A DNA stretch of 64,000 bases from Gemmatimonadales bacterium (GTDB lineage: Bacteria; Gemmatimonadota; Gemmatimonadetes; Gemmatimonadales; GWC2-71-9): positions 1,440,001-1,504,000 of the forward strand of contig OZ252244.1 in NCBI GenBank assembly GCA_965249575.1. The letters are read 5' to 3'. This document shows, in pieces, positions 52,435 to 63,053 of this stretch. Position numbers and translations under genes: made by a program. Each line of letters opens with the position of its first letter. Position 1 is the first letter of the stretch. The notes beneath the pieces are model-generated. The model made no database searches, was not told where the DNA came from, and saw nothing but the letters and a program-made list of their open reading frames with translations.

Positions 52435-53186
52435 TGGGGACTCCGTTTCTCGAGAAACGCGGCAATGCCTTCCTGCGCATCGGCCAGAGGTATGAGATCC
52501 CGAAGATACAAGCTTTCCGCCTTGTACAGCGCTTCCTCGAAGCCCGCGTAATACGACTCCCACTGCGCGCGCCGTGCGAGCCGCAAAACGGGGCCGGATT
52601 TCGACGTCAGTTGCTTGGTGACCGACTCGAGACCGGATTCGAACTCGTCGTCCGGCAGCACCCAGTTGACCAACCCAAACCGCTCGAGATCCTGAGCGGA
52701 TATTTCGTTGCCCAGGAGGATCCACTCCATCGCCTTCCGCCTGGGGATCACGCGGGGGAGCACCACACAGGCTAGAGGCGCAAAGATTCCGAGATTGACT
52801 TCGGGAAGGCGGAATTTGGCCGACTCCGTGGCCAGCATCAGGTTGCAACCGATCGCCAGCTCGAACCCACCACCGATGGCGGCGCCATGGACCGCGGCAA
52901 TCGTGATGACGTCCAGCAGGCGGAGGGTCTCGAAAATCCGGTGGAAAACTTGTAGCATCCGCGCCGTCTTGTCGCGGGTCAGCTCGCCGATATCCAGACC
53001 CGCGCTGAACACGTCGCCGCTCCCGCGCACGACGAGGACTTTCAACTCCTTGTTGGAACGCAAGTCCAGCAACGCGCCTGCGATCTCGTCCATCATGTCG
53101 AGATTCATGGCGTTGAGCGGCGGGCGTTTGAGCGTCAGCGTCGCAACCGCGCCGTCGAACGTCGGCTGGACAAACCGGTATGTCAC
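52419..53186 (-). CDS. Enoyl-CoA hydratase/isomerase family protein
   Basis: FSAGLDI, AIGGGFEL, LPEVNLG, EGIAAFLEKR. Confidence 0.92.
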   Translation of the reverse strand: MTYRFVQPTFDGAVATLTLKRPPLNAMNLDMMDEIAGALLDLRSNKELKVLVVRGSGDVFSAGLDIGELTRDKTARMLQVFHRIFETLRLLDVITIAAVHGAAIGGGFELAIGCNLMLATESAKFRLPEVNLGIFAPLACVVLPRVIPRRKAMEWILLGNEISAQDLERFGLVNWVLPDDEFESGLESVTKQLTSKSGPVLRLARRAQWESYYAGFEEALYKAESLYLRDLIPLADAQEGIAAFLEKRSPQWRDA

Positions 53187-53301
53187 GGCCGGTGCCCCTG
53201 TGCTGTGGGTGTTCGGACGTCGAAGCCACCGAAATGAAAGACGGAGACCAGCGTTCGGATCAACTTAGCGACCACTGGTTGCTGGTCAAAGCCCAAATCA
53301 G

Positions 53302-54057
53302 TCAGGCGACGGTCAATCCCCCATCCACCAGGATGACCTGACCAGTGATGTGCCGGGCTTCTTCTGAGCAGAGAAACAATACGACTTCGGCGATGTCATC
53401 GGGCTCCGCCATCCGGCCGAGCACGGCGCGCTTCTTGGCGCGCTCCACCACGTCGTCGGGAAGGTTGTCCAGCATCTCGGTCCGCACGAAACCTGGTGCG
53501 ACCGCATTGACGTTCACGTTCGACGGTCCGAGCTCGACCGCCGCTGCGCGAGTGAGGCCGAGGACCGCCGCTTTGCTCGCCGCATAGTTGGACACACCGA
53601 AGCTCGGCGAGAAAGCCTGATGGGAAGCAACGTTGACGACCTTTCCATAGTGCTGCGTACGGAAAGGCTGCGCCACTGCCTGAATGCAGTGGAATGCTCC
53701 GGTCACGTTGGTGTCCATCACTTCAGACCACGCCGTGTCGGTAAGGCGCCAGAGCGCCCCGTCGCGGGCAATGCCCGCGTTGTTCACCAGATAGTGTACC
53801 CCGCCCAACTCCGCCTGCAGCCGCCCTACGAAACCCTGCACCTGATCCCGGTCCCGAACGTCGCAAGGCTCGCAAAAGACCTGTACGCCCAGGGCCCGGA
53901 GCGCGGTTTCGGTGAGAAGTGCCTGCGCACCGATATCGCGATTCGGGAGGTCGAGGTAGTTGAAGGCGACGTGGACTTCGCGGCGGGCAAACCCGAGGGC
54001 GATGGCGCGCCCGAGCCCGGAAGCGCCCCCGGTCACGAAAGCGACGTTCCCTTTCAT
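53302..54057 (-). CDS. SDR oxidoreductase (FabG-like)
   Basis: TGGASGLG, NNAG, YAASK, VAPGFV, VDGG. Confidence 0.92.
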   Translation of the reverse strand: MKGNVAFVTGGASGLGRAIALGFARREVHVAFNYLDLPNRDIGAQALLTETALRALGVQVFCEPCDVRDRDQVQGFVGRLQAELGGVHYLVNNAGIARDGALWRLTDTAWSEVMDTNVTGAFHCIQAVAQPFRTQHYGKVVNVASHQAFSPSFGVSNYAASKAAVLGLTRAAAVELGPSNVNVNAVAPGFVRTEMLDNLPDDVVERAKKRAVLGRMAEPDDIAEVVLFLCSEEARHITGQVILVDGGLTVA

Positions 54058-54343
54058 GTCCCGCGCTGCCAGGCGGGCCTGTTCCGGCCGTGGAATGACG
54101 GCCGCCCCCGACGGCCGGCCACCGCCGGGCTCAAAACCGTGTTCCTGGCTTGGATGGGCGGAGGAGTACTGGATGAGTTATCCACCAGATTGACGGGGAC
54201 CCGAACGTACGACCCGATGCTGCCCGCGGGAAGGGGGGCGCGTCGGACTCACAGCGGCGCGTCGATGCGCCTACGGAGGCAACGGGCTGACATGCGATCC
54301 CGGAACGCTAGATTCCTGGGTTCCCGAGACCAGTGGGGAGACT

Positions 54344-55345
54344 GTGATTCGAACCCTTTCGTTGCTGACGGCGGCCATGCTCATCGTGTGCGAGCCGGCT
54401 CTCGCCCAAGCCGGCTCTGGCATCGCGGCCGACGGGGAAGGCCGCCTGTTTTTCGTGGACCTGTCGAGAGAACGCATATGGAGGTGGGAGCCGGGGGACG
54501 ATCTACTCACGGTCGCGCACGGGAAGTACCAGGACTTCGTTGCGGTGGGAGCAGACGGCACCGCCTTTCTCATTCATCGCGCGCTCCCAATTGAGATGCG
54601 GTGGCTTATTCACACCATCGGTCGCGATGGCGGGGTAACCGAGACCGAGCGCAGCAGCCCCATACCGATCTCGAGCGCCATCACGATCGATTCGTCCGGA
54701 ACCATCTATTACCGGCGCTTCACTGAGTTGATCAGCCTGTCGCCCGAAGGCAAGGCCTCTGCCTGGGCGCGTCCGGTGACCGTCGATAGCCCTGGGTATG
54801 GGGTCTTGGGTCCGGATGGCGGGCTGTACTTCGTGGACAGTAACGCGGTGAAGGTCGCCCGACCGGGCGACGGAGTGCGCACCATCGCGGGGTCGGCCGC
54901 CGAGGGCTACGCCGACGGAGCCGGCGAGGCCGCCCAGTTCTACCGGCCCATGGGGCTGGCTGTTGACTCGACTGGCACGCTCTACGTGGCCGACTACGGG
55001 AACCAACGGATTCGCCGGATCACCACCGACGGCACGGTGTCCACCATCGCCCGCAGCCGCTGGCTGTGGAGGCCGGCGGGCGTTGCCGTCAGCGGGAGCG
55101 ACATCTTCGTCCTCGAGCGTGCCGGCGACTACTACGGCCGCTGGGTGCTACCGCTCACGATGTATTCCTTCGTGTCCGATCTGGCCGGTACGCCACGCAT
55201 TCGAAGGATCGACCTCGACGGCTCCATGACGACGGTGGTGACCGTACGGCGGTACACGACACTCGTCGTTCTCGGGCTGGGTTTGATCGGGGGCTTCTGG
55301 GGCGGGATCCTGTGGCTGAAGAAGCAGGCGGCGCGAGGAGCGTAG
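54344..55345 (+). CDS. NHL-repeat exported protein with C-terminal TM anchor
   Basis: FYRPMGLAVDSTGTLYVADYGNQRIRRI; signal peptide; C-terminal hydrophobic helix followed by KK. Confidence 0.8.
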   Translation: MIRTLSLLTAAMLIVCEPALAQAGSGIAADGEGRLFFVDLSRERIWRWEPGDDLLTVAHGKYQDFVAVGADGTAFLIHRALPIEMRWLIHTIGRDGGVTETERSSPIPISSAITIDSSGTIYYRRFTELISLSPEGKASAWARPVTVDSPGYGVLGPDGGLYFVDSNAVKVARPGDGVRTIAGSAAEGYADGAGEAAQFYRPMGLAVDSTGTLYVADYGNQRIRRITTDGTVSTIARSRWLWRPAGVAVSGSDIFVLERAGDYYGRWVLPLTMYSFVSDLAGTPRIRRIDLDGSMTTVVTVRRYTTLVVLGLGLIGGFWGGILWLKKQAARGA

Positions 55346-55380
55346 GCCGCGAGCGCAGGACCAGGGCCCGCATCACGTCC

Positions 55381-55857
55381 TCATTCCCCACCCTCGTGCT
55401 GTAGCGCTTCCAACACGTGCGCCGGGTGCGCCGCAGCATTCGCCACCCGGGGCCAGTATTTCCTGACCTTCCCGTTCGACCCTACCCACACCGTCGAACG
55501 AATGACGCCCTTCGTCTTCTTGCCGTACATCATCTTGTCCCCGTACGCCCCGTATTTCGTCATGACCTTCCGGTCGGGGTCGGAGAGCAGCGGGAACGGC
55601 AGTTCATACCTAGCGGCGAACTCTTGGTGGGATTCCGCGCCGTCCGGTGAAACGCCGAGCACCGTAGCGCCGGCCTGTTGGATTTCCCGCCATAGATCCC
55701 GAAACCCCTGGGCCTCTTTCGTGCACCCCGGCGTGTCGTCTCGGGGATAGAAATACACGATCACGTCCCGTCCGCGAAGATCTTTGAGCGCAACGGCCTG
55801 GCCCGAGGAATCCTTGAGCTTGAACGCCGGCGCGGCCTTGCCAACCTCAATCGGCAT
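55381..55857 (-). CDS. bcp: Peroxiredoxin, Bcp/PrxQ type
   Basis: YFYPRDDTPGCTKEA, GVSPD, FPLLSD. Confidence 0.92.
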   Translation of the reverse strand: MPIEVGKAAPAFKLKDSSGQAVALKDLRGRDVIVYFYPRDDTPGCTKEAQGFRDLWREIQQAGATVLGVSPDGAESHQEFAARYELPFPLLSDPDRKVMTKYGAYGDKMMYGKKTKGVIRSTVWVGSNGKVRKYWPRVANAAAHPAHVLEALQHEGGE

Positions 55858-56077
55858 CGCAATCCCTCCCATTCATGAAAAAAACCATCCACCCCTGTTG
55901 TCACCCTGGCGGCCGGGGCCCGAGGGGTCGACCCTGATCGCGTGTTGTGGACGGTGCGGGACTCGAGCCGCGAGGGTTGTCTCGCCGCAGCTCGGACCCG
56001 TAGAAGTCGAGCTTATGGCATCGCTGACACTGACTCGCTCCAGTTTTCGGTATTCCAGTAGTTCGTCTGCCGATGCC

Positions 56078-57133
56078 TCAGTACAGCATGGTAATCAAAG
56101 AGAGGCTCACACCGCCGACCAGCAACGCGGAAAAAAGTCCGATGGCCAATGGTTTCGGGCCAATGCTCTTCAGACCTTTGATGCTCGTGCCCAGCCCGAC
56201 GGCCGCCATTGCGATGGCCAAGCAAATTTCGGCAAATCGCTCCGTATAGTTGGCGACAAATTGCCACGTATCAGGCTGCAGAAACCCGAACGCCAGGTCG
56301 CCTGAGTCGCCAATGGTCCGCAAAAGGCTCATGCAGGCGAACCCGACGACGAACAATGGAATCATCGTCCACCATTTCGGCGCCGCGCCGGCGTCGGCCG
56401 AATTGCGGTGATACATGATGCTCGTCAATGGAATGATGATCAGCATACCGAGGTTACGCACCAGCTTGGTCACCGTCGCAACGTCGAGCGCCTGTGGATC
56501 ATCGTAATACTGCTGATAGACCAGGCCGGAACCGACAACCTGTGCTGTTTCGTGAACGGACGTACCGAGGAACAGCCCGCTGGCGAAGGCATCGCCGGAG
56601 AAGATCCAGTGACCGGCGAAGGGATATGCAAGCATCGCGACAACACCGAACAAAGTAATACAGGCGACGGAGTAACTCACTTCATCGTCTCTTGCGCCAA
56701 TGGCAGGTGCCGCTGCGACGATCGCGGTTGCACCGCACACACTGGTGCCAACGGCAATCAGTGTACCGAGCCGTCCGCTCAGGCCGACCTTGCGGGCCAG
56801 AAACGTGACGACCAAAAGGGCTGCCGCAACGGCGCCGATGATGACCGGCAGACTCCGAAGACCGATGGCACCGGCTTCGCCCAGACTCAGGCGGATGCCA
56901 AGGAACACGATGCCAAGCCGCAATATTCGTACGAGTCCGAACCGAATGCCCGGCTGAACGGAATCGGGCAGTGAGAGCGTGTTTCGTATCAGGATACCCA
57001 GGAGAATTGCCATCATGATGGCGCTGATCGGACTTTTTGGCAGCCCCATCAATTCAACACCGATCAGTTCCGACAGAAACTGGCCGGCGATTGCCAGAAT
57101 GAATGCGAGGATCAGTCCCGGGAGAACAGGCAT
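56078..57133 (-). CDS. YeiH / putative sulfate exporter (PSE) family membrane protein
   Basis: LRLGIVFLG, GTSVCGATAI, GTSVHETAQV, TKLVRN, AMAAVGL. Confidence 0.88.
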   Translation of the reverse strand: MPVLPGLILAFILAIAGQFLSELIGVELMGLPKSPISAIMMAILLGILIRNTLSLPDSVQPGIRFGLVRILRLGIVFLGIRLSLGEAGAIGLRSLPVIIGAVAAALLVVTFLARKVGLSGRLGTLIAVGTSVCGATAIVAAAPAIGARDDEVSYSVACITLFGVVAMLAYPFAGHWIFSGDAFASGLFLGTSVHETAQVVGSGLVYQQYYDDPQALDVATVTKLVRNLGMLIIIPLTSIMYHRNSADAGAAPKWWTMIPLFVVGFACMSLLRTIGDSGDLAFGFLQPDTWQFVANYTERFAEICLAIAMAAVGLGTSIKGLKSIGPKPLAIGLFSALLVGGVSLSLITMLY

Positions 57134-57313
57134 AGCTCAGGGAGTAGCCTTTTGTGGATTCGCAGCGGTGCAGAATGAAGGGCGCTTAACATTTCGCCTC
57201 AGCGCCCTCCGGATTGCCGATCTACGCTGCCGTGTGCTTGATGAGGAATCTTTGACGGTCCTTCTGCCCCGGTGATCCGGAAGTTAACCGCCGGAGGGCG
57301 CAGCGTAGGCGAC

Positions 57314-58131
57314 CTACCGCTTGACACCGCGCACGACGACGAACTCGCCGGGAATAGCAAACCCTGCGCCGTTTCGATATGGCTCGATGGACGCGACGTA
57401 GTGGCATGTGCGTCTTCCCGCGTCTGCTCATCGAACCGCGAATACGCGAGCGCTACCGGCCCGCCGGCAAACGCGGCGCCGCACGCGGCTTCTGCCGAGT
57501 CGTAGCGCAGGATGGTGGACAGCCGATCTGCCGTGATGCCCATAAATCCCGCGGCCCCGAAGGTCTTCTCGAGCAGGTTCCCCGTGCCGAGCTGAAAGAA
57601 CATCGGACACACTTCGCTTCGTACCCGGGAATCGACGATCGGGAAGATCTCCGCCCAACCGCACGCGTCGCGCGCGCCCCATACCGCGGCGACGGCACGT
57701 CCGCCGGGTTTCAGAACGCGATGCGACTCCGTGAGCGCCTTCAACGGATCGGGAAAGTACATGAGCCCCAGCGCGCAGAGAACGGCATCGAACGAGGCGT
57801 CCGGAAACTGGAGGTCCTCCGCATCCATGCGCGCGAACGTCGCGCCGTCCACACCTCGCTCTGCCGCTGCCTCCCGGACCCTGTTGACCATGCTGTCCGA
57901 GATATCCGTACCCACCACCTCGCCCCCCGGACCTACCGCGTGAGTCGCCGGGATCGTTACGAGCCCAGTACCACAGGCCACGTCGAGCACCCCCTCACCG
58001 GGAGCCAAGGCCGCAAGTTCCAGGAGCCGCGCCTGCGCCGGCGCGAGCTGCCGGCTCCAGTAGCCCTCGTAGTAGTCGGCGGCTTTGTCCCATCCGTAGC
58101 GCTGTACCCTGCGCTGCAATCTCGCGTCCAT
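57314..58131 (-). pseudogene. Class I SAM-dependent methyltransferase (UbiE-like), 1-nt deletion near 57402
   Basis: ATG at 58131; VLDVACGTG, MDAEDL, RVLKPGG; the natural C-terminus YVASIEPYRNGAGFAIPGEFVVVRGVKR* is in another frame. Confidence 0.8.
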
Positions 58132-58133
58132 CG

Positions 58134-58515
58134 TTATCCCTTCGGCGCCACGACGCGCACCTCTCGCCGGAGCGTCTGTGGCTGGCTGAATACCGCCGTC
58201 GTAGTCCGCCTGGATCTCCACCTCGACCCCTGCGACTGGCACGCCCAGTTGGGCGGCCCACTGCGCGTAGCTCATTGCGAGGCAGGAGCCCAGCGCCCCC
58301 CGGCCGAGCACCCCGGCGTTCGGACCCTGGTTGTTCCCACCCGACTTCTCACCCATATCGGCGGTGAGCTTCCACTCGCCATCTTCGATGTCGCAGGTCA
58401 AGCCCTCGCGGAGTCGCACCCGCGTCACAGCTGTGCCGGTTCCTAACGTAGGCCGCAAGGAAAGGGCCTTGGCGTTCCGATCGAAGGCGATCTTGATTCT
58501 TTCCTTGGAATCCAT
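58134..58515 (-). pseudogene. OsmC-family protein with an out-of-frame internal deletion near 58197
   Basis: GPNAG...ALGSCLAM...VEVEIQADYD is followed immediately by AVFSQPQTLRREVRVVAPKG* in a shifted frame. Confidence 0.7.
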
Positions 58516-58763
58516 TCGGTGCCCTCCTATCCCTCTTTATCTACCAAAAGCGCCAAAGTGGGCGGTAATAGCTCATGGTGCACGCACTGTCGGTCTACCT
58601 GCGTACATAAGCGGGTGGAGCGGGTGCCACGCCGCTGGGCTTTTATGGGGCTCGGCCGCGAGCGCCAGTTGGACTCGGGGTCCAACGTACTACGACGCTG
58701 ATCAGGTAGGGAACCCGACGGGAGAGACAGGGAGTCGCCCCGAGAAGAGGGCCGCTCGGGATA

Positions 58764-60461
58764 CTATCTGACGCTGGAAAGCGTGCCGTTCGCGTCCACG
58801 AAGTCGATCGGCCAGACCTTGACGTCGTCGAGGAGCAATAGCCGGCCCGCGAGGCGCGACGCAGCCAGGGGTGTCGGTAGCGTGTACGTGTCCGCCTTTG
58901 TGGTATTCACCGCATAACCGAGGTCCACCATGGACGTGACGCTCACCACGCTCAGAGCATTCGACCCCGAGTTGAGATAGCCGGTCATGAGCTCGTCATT
59001 GAACACCGACTCCCTCCAGTGTTTCTCGATGGTGCCAGGTCCGCCGATATTCTCGAGCGGCACCGCGGTGTTCGCGGGCCCTCCCACCGCCGCGTAGCCG
59101 ATGCTTGCGGCCAGCCCGTTGAAGACAGGATTCGCCGTGCCCGACCCGAGCACCAGAGAGAACAGGTTCCAGAGGGAGCCGTACCCGAACACGTGCGCCA
59201 TTTCATGGAGGATCACGAGGTCCAGTTGTCCGCTCTGCTCCAGGCCGTCGAGGTCGGCGACGTCAAACGTCATGCTGCCGACGACCGGAAGGAGGTTGGA
59301 GGTTCGGACGACGCACGGCCCGGCCTGGCCCAGGATGCCACTCGGCCCGTCGATCGGGCCGACGTTGACGAAGATGATCACATCGTCGATGACCTGGCTG
59401 ATGTGCGGGCCGCAACCTGGGGTGAAACCGCCGAAGATCAGGCCGAGATCTCCGGTGATGATTTCCTCCCACCTCGCGACCGCGTCGGTGAATGCCGTGA
59501 GCTGCGTGGCGGTCACGCGGCTCAAGAAGCGGAGCTCGATATCATACCCGACCCAGTCAACCACGCCCAACACCGTCACCGGGGTGGCTCCGTCTGCCTC
59601 GACACCTCCCGTGGAAGCCGTAGCGAGGACGACGCCGTCAGACACACCAGTTAAGACGCCGCTGCCGCTGATGCTGGCGATGAGGTTATTCGAGATCGAC
59701 CACGTGACCGTGCCGCCCACGTCCCGCCCAACGACGTCCCGGACTACGGCGCTCAGTGGGAGATTCGCGCCGACGTTCACGAGACCTCCAATGGGGGTGA
59801 CGTCGACGTACCCATTTGGATACTGGACGTCGCCCTGTACGAAGACCTGAAAGGAAAAGGTGGTCGCCGTCTGTGGGACGTTGAACTCCCACTTGCGATT
59901 CGTGGACATCTGTCCCGGTACCAACATCCCAGCGTATTCGAAATACGGCTGATTCGATCCCGTGAACGTACCAGTGCCGCTCGGATCCTTGACCGTAACG
60001 ACGCCCGATCCCGACGTCACCGTCGGACCGTCATGAAAGAAGACCTTCACCCCGCTCGGCACACCACCGTCCGGGGTCCCCAGCGCCTGTCCGAGCAAGT
60101 TCTGGACTGTAACGTCCGCCGAGAACACCTCCGCAACGTCGTCGTAACCGGCGTTCGAGGATGCCAGTCGAACGAACACTCCCTGACCTCCAACGATCAA
60201 CGAAGTGGCGCCCGGAGCCAGCGGCGCATCCGACTTGGCGCACTGCAGCGAGCCGTCGCCCATGTCCGCGGAGCAGGCAACGGCGAACGCAACTGGGGAG
60301 CCTTCAGGAGAAACGACGGGTCGGACGGAAGTCGGTGAATCGACCTCGACTGACGAGGTCGCACTCGGTGCAGTGACCGACTCTCGATCGATGCAGGCCG
60401 TAAGAAAAACCGAAACGCCTACAAAGGCTGGAAAACGGCCCAGCCTTCGGATACCGCTCAC
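58764..60461 (-). CDS. Lipoprotein with Ig-like domain and leishmanolysin-like (M8) zinc metallopeptidase
   Basis: FLTAC lipobox; LGQAGP, ILHEMAHVFG, HWRE, ELMTG. Confidence 0.85.
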   Translation of the reverse strand: MSGIRRLGRFPAFVGVSVFLTACIDRESVTAPSATSSVEVDSPTSVRPVVSPEGSPVAFAVACSADMGDGSLQCAKSDAPLAPGATSLIVGGQGVFVRLASSNAGYDDVAEVFSADVTVQNLLGQALGTPDGGVPSGVKVFFHDGPTVTSGSGVVTVKDPSGTGTFTGSNQPYFEYAGMLVPGQMSTNRKWEFNVPQTATTFSFQVFVQGDVQYPNGYVDVTPIGGLVNVGANLPLSAVVRDVVGRDVGGTVTWSISNNLIASISGSGVLTGVSDGVVLATASTGGVEADGATPVTVLGVVDWVGYDIELRFLSRVTATQLTAFTDAVARWEEIITGDLGLIFGGFTPGCGPHISQVIDDVIIFVNVGPIDGPSGILGQAGPCVVRTSNLLPVVGSMTFDVADLDGLEQSGQLDLVILHEMAHVFGYGSLWNLFSLVLGSGTANPVFNGLAASIGYAAVGGPANTAVPLENIGGPGTIEKHWRESVFNDELMTGYLNSGSNALSVVSVTSMVDLGYAVNTTKADTYTLPTPLAASRLAGRLLLLDDVKVWPIDFVDANGTLSSVR

Positions 60462-60558
60462 GGGATGTCCCTCGCATTAAGCTCAGATGTCGAGCGTTGG
60501 AACTGCGACACGCGCGCAGCAGTGCACGCGCGCAACAGTCTACCGTTGCACTTAGTGG

Positions 60559-60575
60559 TGCAGCGATCGTGCCAG
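60559..60575 (-). promoter_or_regulatory. Putative sigma54 -24/-12 promoter for the M8 peptidase gene
   Basis: Minus strand CTGGCACGATCGCTGCA: GG-N10-GC with a full TGGCACG. Confidence 0.55.
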
Positions 60576-60729
60576 CGGCGACGTTGCTTTCGTCGCTGAA
60601 TTGCGCGACTACGCAGATACAGGTGCGCGGTTTGGGTTCTTACATTCTCCACGTGTTGCGTGCATGCCACTCTTGCGCACGCCTGATTCCGCCACGATGT
60701 TGGCCGCCCAAGCCACCGGAGTAGCATCC

Positions 60730-62999
60730 ATGAAGTGGACCCCCGCACTTCTCCTACCCCTCGCAGTGCTCGGTTGCGAATCGGACCTCCCCGTCCAACC
60801 CTTCGAGCAAGACCAACCGGACCTGGCGATCTCCGATGCGGCACACAGCGGAGGACGAGCGGGCTTCTACTTCCTGCCGCCCCTGGTGCCAAACCCGCAC
60901 GCAACGGGACCTTCGACCCATCCCTTCTACCCTTGTTGGCCGTGGAGATCTGCGAATGGACGGGGTCGGGGTGCGTGCTTCCCTTGGTGGCGCGGTTCAC
61001 GAGCGAGGAGGGCACTGACGGTCGCGTGATTCGGATCAAGGGCGAAGATGACGACGAGGACGACGACGATGATGACGAAGACGGGGATGATGAGGACGAC
61101 GATGATGACCAGCAGCATTACGCCGTGAAATGGAAGACCCAAAAGTCCGACCTGGACCCAAGCGCAGATTACCGGATCCGTGTGCTCGCCTCGGGAGTGG
61201 AGCTAGGGCACGCGGACGTCGACGTGGTGAAGAAGGGCAAGGAGCTCAAGAACGTCAATACCGGCGAGTTCATCCCCCTCAAGAACGGCCGCACGCTGCC
61301 GATCAAGTTCCGAGTCGAGGAGGGTGCCATCGCACAGGTCGGCGCCGGCGGGGGCCAGACGGAGCTCGCGGGCGGGCAGGTGATGCTGGACATCCCGGCC
61401 GGTGCCGTTGGCGGGCCGATCGCGGTGGACGCGGTCCCCGTCACCGATCCCTCCACGCTGCCGCCGAGTCCCACGCCGATCCCGGGCACCGCGTTCGACC
61501 TCCAGCCGGATGGGACGGTCTTCGCCGAGCCGATCCGGCTCACGATCTCGTATGATCCTGCAATGCTCTCACCCGGCGTGCCCGAAGCGGAGCTGCGGAT
61601 CCACAAGCTGGTGAACGGCGAATACGTCCAGCTCGACGCAGGCCTGGTGGACCTCGCCAACAAAACCGTTTCGGGCCTCACCGACGGGTTCAGTATATAC
61701 GTCCTGCTCCAACGGCTTTTTCCGGGCAGCCCCACTGACATTACCCTGCCCCAGGTCGGCCTCGTGACCGTACAGGACCCGCAATCCGGCATGTTCGGGG
61801 ATGCGGCGGCAATCGACGTCTCCGCGAGTGGCGTGGCACTCACATTCCGGGTAAGCGCCACGGACGACATCTCCGGCGTGAACTTTGTGTCGATCGCCTA
61901 CCTGAGTCCGACGAGGAGCCCGACGTCGGGCCAAGCGCAATCCTGCGCCAGCCTCGTCCCTTCGTCCGGCAGCGACACGAATGGGAAATGGGAATGCCAG
62001 ATAGCCTGGCCGCAGTACAGCGAGCCGGGTCCTTGGCAGCTTCGTGTTACCGCGAGGGACCAAGCGGGCAACTTTGCGTCGTACCGCATAGCTACCGGCA
62101 ACACGCTGTGTACAACGGGTGGCGAGTGCCTGACGCCCCCCCTACCCATCGTGGTCGTGAGCAGCAACCCGTTCGACCAAGGGCCCCCGGCGATCGTCGA
62201 GGCGGGGTTCGGGCTGCCGAGCGACCCCACGCCGACGATCAGCGGCAACATCGCGGTGGATGTGACCGCGGGGCCAGAGCCGATCGTTTTCAGGATGCAC
62301 TTAACGGACGATCTCAGTGGCAACATTGGAAATGAGAGTGCGGGTGTGGGCCTGCGCAGCCCTAGTGGCCTACGAACGGTTGCCTGCTTCTTCCTTTCAC
62401 TCGTTCAAGGAAGTCCCACCGATGGCATCTGGGAGTGCGGCGCGACGATTCCGGAGTTCAGCGAGTCCGGGCCATGGTCGTATTCGTCTGTCCCTCTGTT
62501 CGACCGAGTTGGAAACCGCGTCACATATGGAACTGACATGGCTGGGCAGCTTTGCCCGTCCATTGGACCGTGTATACCCAACGCCACGGTTGACGTCACC
62601 AGCATCTCCGACCTCAACGCTCCGCTCCTCACGCAGTTTCAGCTGAGCGTCGTGGACGCGACAGTTACCGTCACCACGACGGTGACCGAGGATGTCAGCG
62701 GTACGACTCGCATGGACGTTTCCTTCCGGAGCGCAATCGCCCCATCGCAGTTCCAGGGCTGCCAAGCCTTTGCCCCCCTGGCAGGCGATGCGATCAACGG
62801 CACATGGGAGTGCTTGTTCACGCTGCCGCAATTCGCCGCGACGGGCTCCTGGCCGCTGTTCCTCCTAAGGCTCAGGGACGCTGCGGGCAACCTTAGGCGG
62901 TACACACGTCGAGCCAGCGACGGATTCCTGTGCTACGACGATGGGGCCGGTGGGCAGGTGTGCACGGGCTTTGGGGACACGGAGTTCATTGTGCAGTAG
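60730..62999 (+). pseudogene. Large surface lipoprotein (acidic tract, ZU5-like domain, three Cys-containing beta-sandwich repeats), frameshifted at 60906-60908
   Basis: MKWTPALLLPLAVLGC...GFYFLPPLVPNPHATG in one frame and TFDPSL...VEICEW in another; GGG where GGGG would restore the frame. Confidence 0.75.
61044..61109 (+). repeat. Low-complexity GA(C/T/G/A) codon tract encoding EDDDEDDDDDDEDGDDEDDDDD
   Basis: Direct reading. Confidence 0.9.
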
Positions 63000-63002
63000 T
63001 AA

Positions 63003-63051
63003 GTGGTGAGTAGTGAGTAGTAGTGGTGAGTGGCGATGTCGCCACTCGCCA
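63003..63051. repeat. GTGAG-rich short repeats plus a 12-bp hairpin between convergent genes (possible terminator)
   Basis: gtggtgagtagtgagtagtagtggtgag; stem TGGTGAGTGGCG-atgt-CGCCACTCGCCA at 63024-63051. Confidence 0.6.
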
Positions 63052-63053
63052 TC

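Noticed and set aside
51805..53229. 474-aa ORF and other long antisense or alternative-frame ORFs (e.g. 26806-28203, 20822-22039, 5' part of 4578-6044)
   Set aside because: These are shadow ORFs typical of high-GC DNA, overlapping well-supported genes and rich in Arg/Pro/Gly without motifs.
54170..54187. DnaA-box-like TTATCCACC and palindrome TGGAT-N5-ATCCA
   Set aside because: A single imperfect box with no cluster or AT-rich unwinding element; the palindrome spacing does not fit FNR/CRP.
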